Assembly: GCA_963705315.1 (NCBI GenBank)
Contig: OY970068.1
Location: 70,324-134,323 of the forward strand
Direction of reading: 5' to 3'
Origin: an uncultured Actinomycetes bacterium
GTDB taxonomy: Bacteria; Actinomycetota; Thermoleophilia; Solirubrobacterales; Solirubrobacteraceae
DNA length: 64,000 nt
The notes under the pieces are model-generated. The model was given only the letters and a program-made list of their open reading frames with translations. It was not told the origin of the DNA and ran no database searches. Positions 60,433-64,000 of this stretch are shown piece by piece; position 1 is the first letter of the stretch, and each line of letters opens with the position of its first letter. Both the position numbers and the translations under genes were made by a program.

Positions 60433-61851
60433 GTGAGTACCTTCGCCGATCTCGGCCTTTCTACAAGCACGCTCGACGCTCTCGATGATGTCGGGTACGA
60501 GAAGCCGAGCCCGATCCAGGAGCAGGCGATCCCGCCGATGCTCGAAGGCCGCGACGTCATCGGCCAGGCCCAGACGGGCTCCGGCAAGACCGCCGCGTTC
60601 GGGCTGCCGATCATCGAGTACGTCGATCCGACCGAGCCCGAGGTGCAGGCGCTCGTGCTCACGCCGACGCGCGAGCTGTGCATCCAGGTCACGCAGGCGA
60701 TCCGCGCGTACGCGCAGCGCAAGGGCGCCGACGTCGTCGCCGTCTTCGGCGGCGCGCCGATCCGCACGCAGCAGGCGCAGCTGAAGGCCGGCGGGCACAT
60801 CGTCGTCGGCACGGTCGGCCGCGTGCTCGATCTCATCGGCCGTCGCTCGCTCGTCCTGGATTCCTGTCGCTTCGTCGTGCTCGACGAGGCCGACGAGATG
60901 CTCGACCTCGGCTTCCTGGAGGACGTCGAGAAGATCCTGCGCCTGACGCCCAACAGCCGGCAGACCGCGCTCTTCAGCGCGACGATGCCGCCGCCGATTC
61001 GCAAGCTCGCCGACAACTACCTCTATGACCCCGAGCACGTGAAGGTGCAGTCGGCGACGATGACCGTCGACTCCGTCGAGCAGTTCCAGCTCGACGTCAA
61101 GTCCGCCGACAAGGCCGACAAGCTCGTCGAGGTCCTCGACGCCGAGAAGCCCGACCAGGCGATCGTCTTCGTGCGCACGAAGATCCGCACCGACCAGCTC
61201 TACAAGAAGATGCGCGACCGCGGCTTGAACGTGAAGGCGCTGCACGGCGACATGACGCAGGGCTCGCGCGACGGCGTGATGCTCGGCTTCAAGGGCGGCC
61301 GCGTGCCGATCCTCGTCGCCACCGACGTCGCCGCGCGCGGGCTGGACATCTCGACCGTCACCCACGTCATCAACTTCGACGTGCCGCGTTCGCCCGACGT
61401 CTACGTGCACCGCATCGGACGCACGGGGCGCGTGGGGCGCGCAGGCCGCGCGATCACCTTCGTCGAGCCCAAGCAGGAGCGCGAGCTGGTGGCGATCGAG
61501 AACCACATCGGCATCAAGGTCGCACCGTGGGAGGCCGGCGCGCACGTCGAGCCGGCGAAGGTCACCCCGAAGCCGCGCCGCCACGAGAAGCCGCACCTCA
61601 CGCGCAACGGCGATGAGCCGTACGCGAAGCTCATGGTGCGCGGCGGCCGCTCCGCCGGCATCGAGGTCGCCGACCTCGTCGGCGCGATCACGCACGCCGC
61701 CGGCGTCGACGGCGAAGCCGTCCGCGACGTCAAGGTGCTCGAGCACTTCGCCTTCCTGTCGGTGCCCGCCGACGACGCCGAGAGGATCGCCGCCGCGGTC
61801 GACGGCGAGCGCGTTCGCGGGCGGCCGATCCGGGTCGAGCCCGCCCGGTAA
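60433..61851 (+). CDS. DEAD-box ATP-dependent RNA helicase with a C-terminal DbpA-like RNA-binding extension
   Basis: From GTG 60433. Motifs are the Q-motif (FADLGL...PSPIQ), AQTGSGKTAAF, DEAD, SAT and HRIGRTGRVGRAG. Confidence 0.9.
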   Translation: MSTFADLGLSTSTLDALDDVGYEKPSPIQEQAIPPMLEGRDVIGQAQTGSGKTAAFGLPIIEYVDPTEPEVQALVLTPTRELCIQVTQAIRAYAQRKGADVVAVFGGAPIRTQQAQLKAGGHIVVGTVGRVLDLIGRRSLVLDSCRFVVLDEADEMLDLGFLEDVEKILRLTPNSRQTALFSATMPPPIRKLADNYLYDPEHVKVQSATMTVDSVEQFQLDVKSADKADKLVEVLDAEKPDQAIVFVRTKIRTDQLYKKMRDRGLNVKALHGDMTQGSRDGVMLGFKGGRVPILVATDVAARGLDISTVTHVINFDVPRSPDVYVHRIGRTGRVGRAGRAITFVEPKQERELVAIENHIGIKVAPWEAGAHVEPAKVTPKPRRHEKPHLTRNGDEPYAKLMVRGGRSAGIEVADLVGAITHAAGVDGEAVRDVKVLEHFAFLSVPADDAERIAAAVDGERVRGRPIRVEPAR

Positions 61852-61895
61852 CGTCGCCCGAACGTCGCCGGTTCCGGCGACGGTGGGGCGAACCC
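61848..61895 (+). repeat. GTRACGTCGNC-hairpin-GGCGAAAC motif, copy 5 of 5
   Basis: gtaacgtcgcc-cgaac-gtcgccgg/ttccggcgac-ggtgg-ggcgaaccc. Its first bases contain the TAA stop (61849..61851) of the helicase gene. Confidence 0.6.
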
Positions 61896-61959
61896 GACGT
61901 TTCCCAGAACAGCCTGACCCGCAACTCGCCTGCGCCCAGCCCGTTACCCTGTCTACACC

Positions 61960-62973
61960 GTGACGAGTCTCCTGCGAGATCGCGACGCTGCCGCTGATCC
62001 CGAGGCCCAGCCGGGCGACGGTCAGCACGTCGACGTTCCCCCGTACGCCTGCGAAGCGTGTGGCGGGGGCATGCTCGAAGGCCAGGACTGGTGCCTGGAT
62101 TGCGGCACCGCCGCGCCCGGCCGGCTCGGCTCGCGGCCCGGCTGGCGCGCCGCCTTGACGGTCGTCGGCCTGACGCTGCTGCTGCTCACCGGCGCGGTGG
62201 CCGCGAGCTACGCGGCGCTCACGAGCGACGCCGAGCGCGAAGCCGCCAGGCCGACGCAGGGCTCGGGCAATCCGATCACCGCGCAGACGCCCGGCCTCGG
62301 GCAGCCGGCCAGCCCGGTGACGCCGGGCGAGACGGGTCCGGGCACGCAGGCGCCCGCGGTGCCGCCGGCCGCCGTGGTGCCGCCGGCCGCCGTGGTGCCG
62401 CCCCCGACGGCGGTCACACCGCCGGTGGCGCCTCCGGCGACCACGACCGACCCGGCCACGAGCAACAGCACGGGTACCGACGACACGGACGACACGACGA
62501 GCGATGCGACCACATCGACCGGCCCCAAGCCGATCGCCGGCGTCAAGGCGACGCTCTACGACCCGGCCAAGCGCCCCGGCGCGGAGTTCGGGCCGCCGGA
62601 GAACGCCGTCGACGCCAAGACCTCGACCGTCTGGGACGTCACCGTCCCCGTGGACAACGAGCCGCTGGGCGTCGGGCTCGTCCTCGATCTCGGCGGGCTG
62701 TACACGCTGAAGTCCCTGAAGATCACCACGCCGACCTCGGGCTTCGACGTCGAGCTCTACGGGGCGAAGGGCACGAAACTGCCGCCCGACATCCTCGACA
62801 GCCGCTGGGATCATCTCGTCGACGGCTCGAACTACGCCGACGGCAGGTCGCTGAAGCTGACGGGCAAGACCGACGGCAAGGTGCGCCACATCGCCCTGTG
62901 GTTCGCCGAGGCGTCCGACGCCAAGGACCCGCGGGTCGCCATCGGCGATGTCAAGGTCTTCGGAACCAAGTAG
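61960..62973 (+). CDS. zinc-ribbon / single-TM / Pro-Thr-rich linker / discoidin (F5/8 type C, galactose-binding-like) domain protein
   Basis: The Cys4 ribbon is CEACGG...CLDCG and the TM is ALTVVGLTLLLLTGAVAASYAAL. A Pro-rich linker contains an 18-bp tandem duplication. The C-terminus reads AVDAKTSTVWDV...LKITTPTSGFDVELYG...RHIALWF. Confidence 0.6.
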   Translation: MTSLLRDRDAAADPEAQPGDGQHVDVPPYACEACGGGMLEGQDWCLDCGTAAPGRLGSRPGWRAALTVVGLTLLLLTGAVAASYAALTSDAEREAARPTQGSGNPITAQTPGLGQPASPVTPGETGPGTQAPAVPPAAVVPPAAVVPPPTAVTPPVAPPATTTDPATSNSTGTDDTDDTTSDATTSTGPKPIAGVKATLYDPAKRPGAEFGPPENAVDAKTSTVWDVTVPVDNEPLGVGLVLDLGGLYTLKSLKITTPTSGFDVELYGAKGTKLPPDILDSRWDHLVDGSNYADGRSLKLTGKTDGKVRHIALWFAEASDAKDPRVAIGDVKVFGTK

Positions 62974-62985
62974 GTTGCACGGCCG

Positions 62986-63444
62986 ATGTCCGTAGCCGCC
63001 ATCAGAACCACCGAGGGCGTCATCGTCCTACAGATGTTCGACGAGGACGCGCCCAAGACCGTCGAGAACTTCCGCAAGCTCGCCGCGGACGGCTTCTACG
63101 ACGGCCTCACGTTCCATCGCATCATCAAGGACTTCATGGCTCAGGCCGGCTGCCCGCAGGGCACCGGCACCGGCGGCCCCGGGTATCAGTTCGAGGACGA
63201 GTTCAACGAGCACAAGATCGTGCGCGGCGCGCTGGCGATGGCGAATGCCGGGCCGAACACGAACGGCTCGCAGTTCTTCATCGTCACGGCCGAGGAAGCG
63301 CCGTGGCTCGACGGCAAGCACACCGTGTTCGGCGAGGTGATCGAGGGGCTGGACGTGCTCGACCGCCTCAACGAGGTGCCGACCGGCGGAGCGGATCGTC
63401 CGCTGACCCCGGTCTACATCTCGTCGATCGACCTCGGCGACTAA
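62986..63444 (+). CDS. cyclophilin-type peptidyl-prolyl cis-trans isomerase
   Basis: Motifs are FHRIIKDFMAQAGCP, GGPGYQFEDEF, ANAGPNTNGSQFFI and LDGKHTVFGEV. Confidence 0.9.
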   Translation: MSVAAIRTTEGVIVLQMFDEDAPKTVENFRKLAADGFYDGLTFHRIIKDFMAQAGCPQGTGTGGPGYQFEDEFNEHKIVRGALAMANAGPNTNGSQFFIVTAEEAPWLDGKHTVFGEVIEGLDVLDRLNEVPTGGADRPLTPVYISSIDLGD

Positions 63445-63450
63445 CCCCGC

Positions 63451-64000
<550 letters not shown>

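Overview
This is a very GC-rich window (over 70% by eye) with strong GC3 codon bias and many long antisense shadow ORFs. The gene content looks like Actinomycetota: a Kgd-type fused 2-oxoglutarate dehydrogenase, a six-gene mce cluster, an ECF sigma factor and Ppx/GppA. I cannot assign the taxon from sequence alone, and every family call below is by-eye motif recognition with no searches run.

Most of the window is chromosomal housekeeping: kgd, ppx, pyk, gltA, dcd, gloA, uppP, a DEAD-box helicase, cyclophilin, aminotransferase and aminopeptidase.

The main findings are:
- **Tn3-family transposon (clearest accessory feature).** A 9,976-bp element at 15576..25551 has 39-bp terminal inverted repeats (34/39 identical) and a perfect 5-bp ATAAT target duplication.
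  - Its cargo is an ArsR/CmtR-like regulator, a MerF-like protein, a MerA-like paralog and MerA, plus an ECF sigma/anti-sigma pair and a resolvase.
  - It is visibly decaying: tnpA is truncated, internally deleted and frameshifted; a TlpA-like gene carries an in-frame stop and frame anomalies; ccdA is cut to 31 codons.
- **Orphan mce cluster.** Six translationally coupled MCE genes have no adjacent YrbE/MlaE permease or Mkl ATPase. They are coupled upstream to a DUF45/YgjP-type metallopeptidase and are followed after 3 nt by a PfkB kinase.
- **At least four families of intergenic repeats.** These are a 168-bp MITE-like element (2 copies), nested palindromes ending in GCGAACAGCATCGATAA, a same-orientation GTRACGTCGNC-hairpin-GGCGAAAC motif (5 copies), and paired 40-44-bp units or hairpin doublets. 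Several of them donate stop codons to neighbouring genes.
- **DUF4160/DUF2442 pair.** The DUF4160 gene has a 1-nt frameshift.
- **Kgd polypeptide.** It appears to retain a lipoyl domain and an E3-binding domain.

I saw no rRNA, tRNA or CRISPR array. The apparent indels sit in G/C homopolymer runs, so assembly error cannot be excluded.
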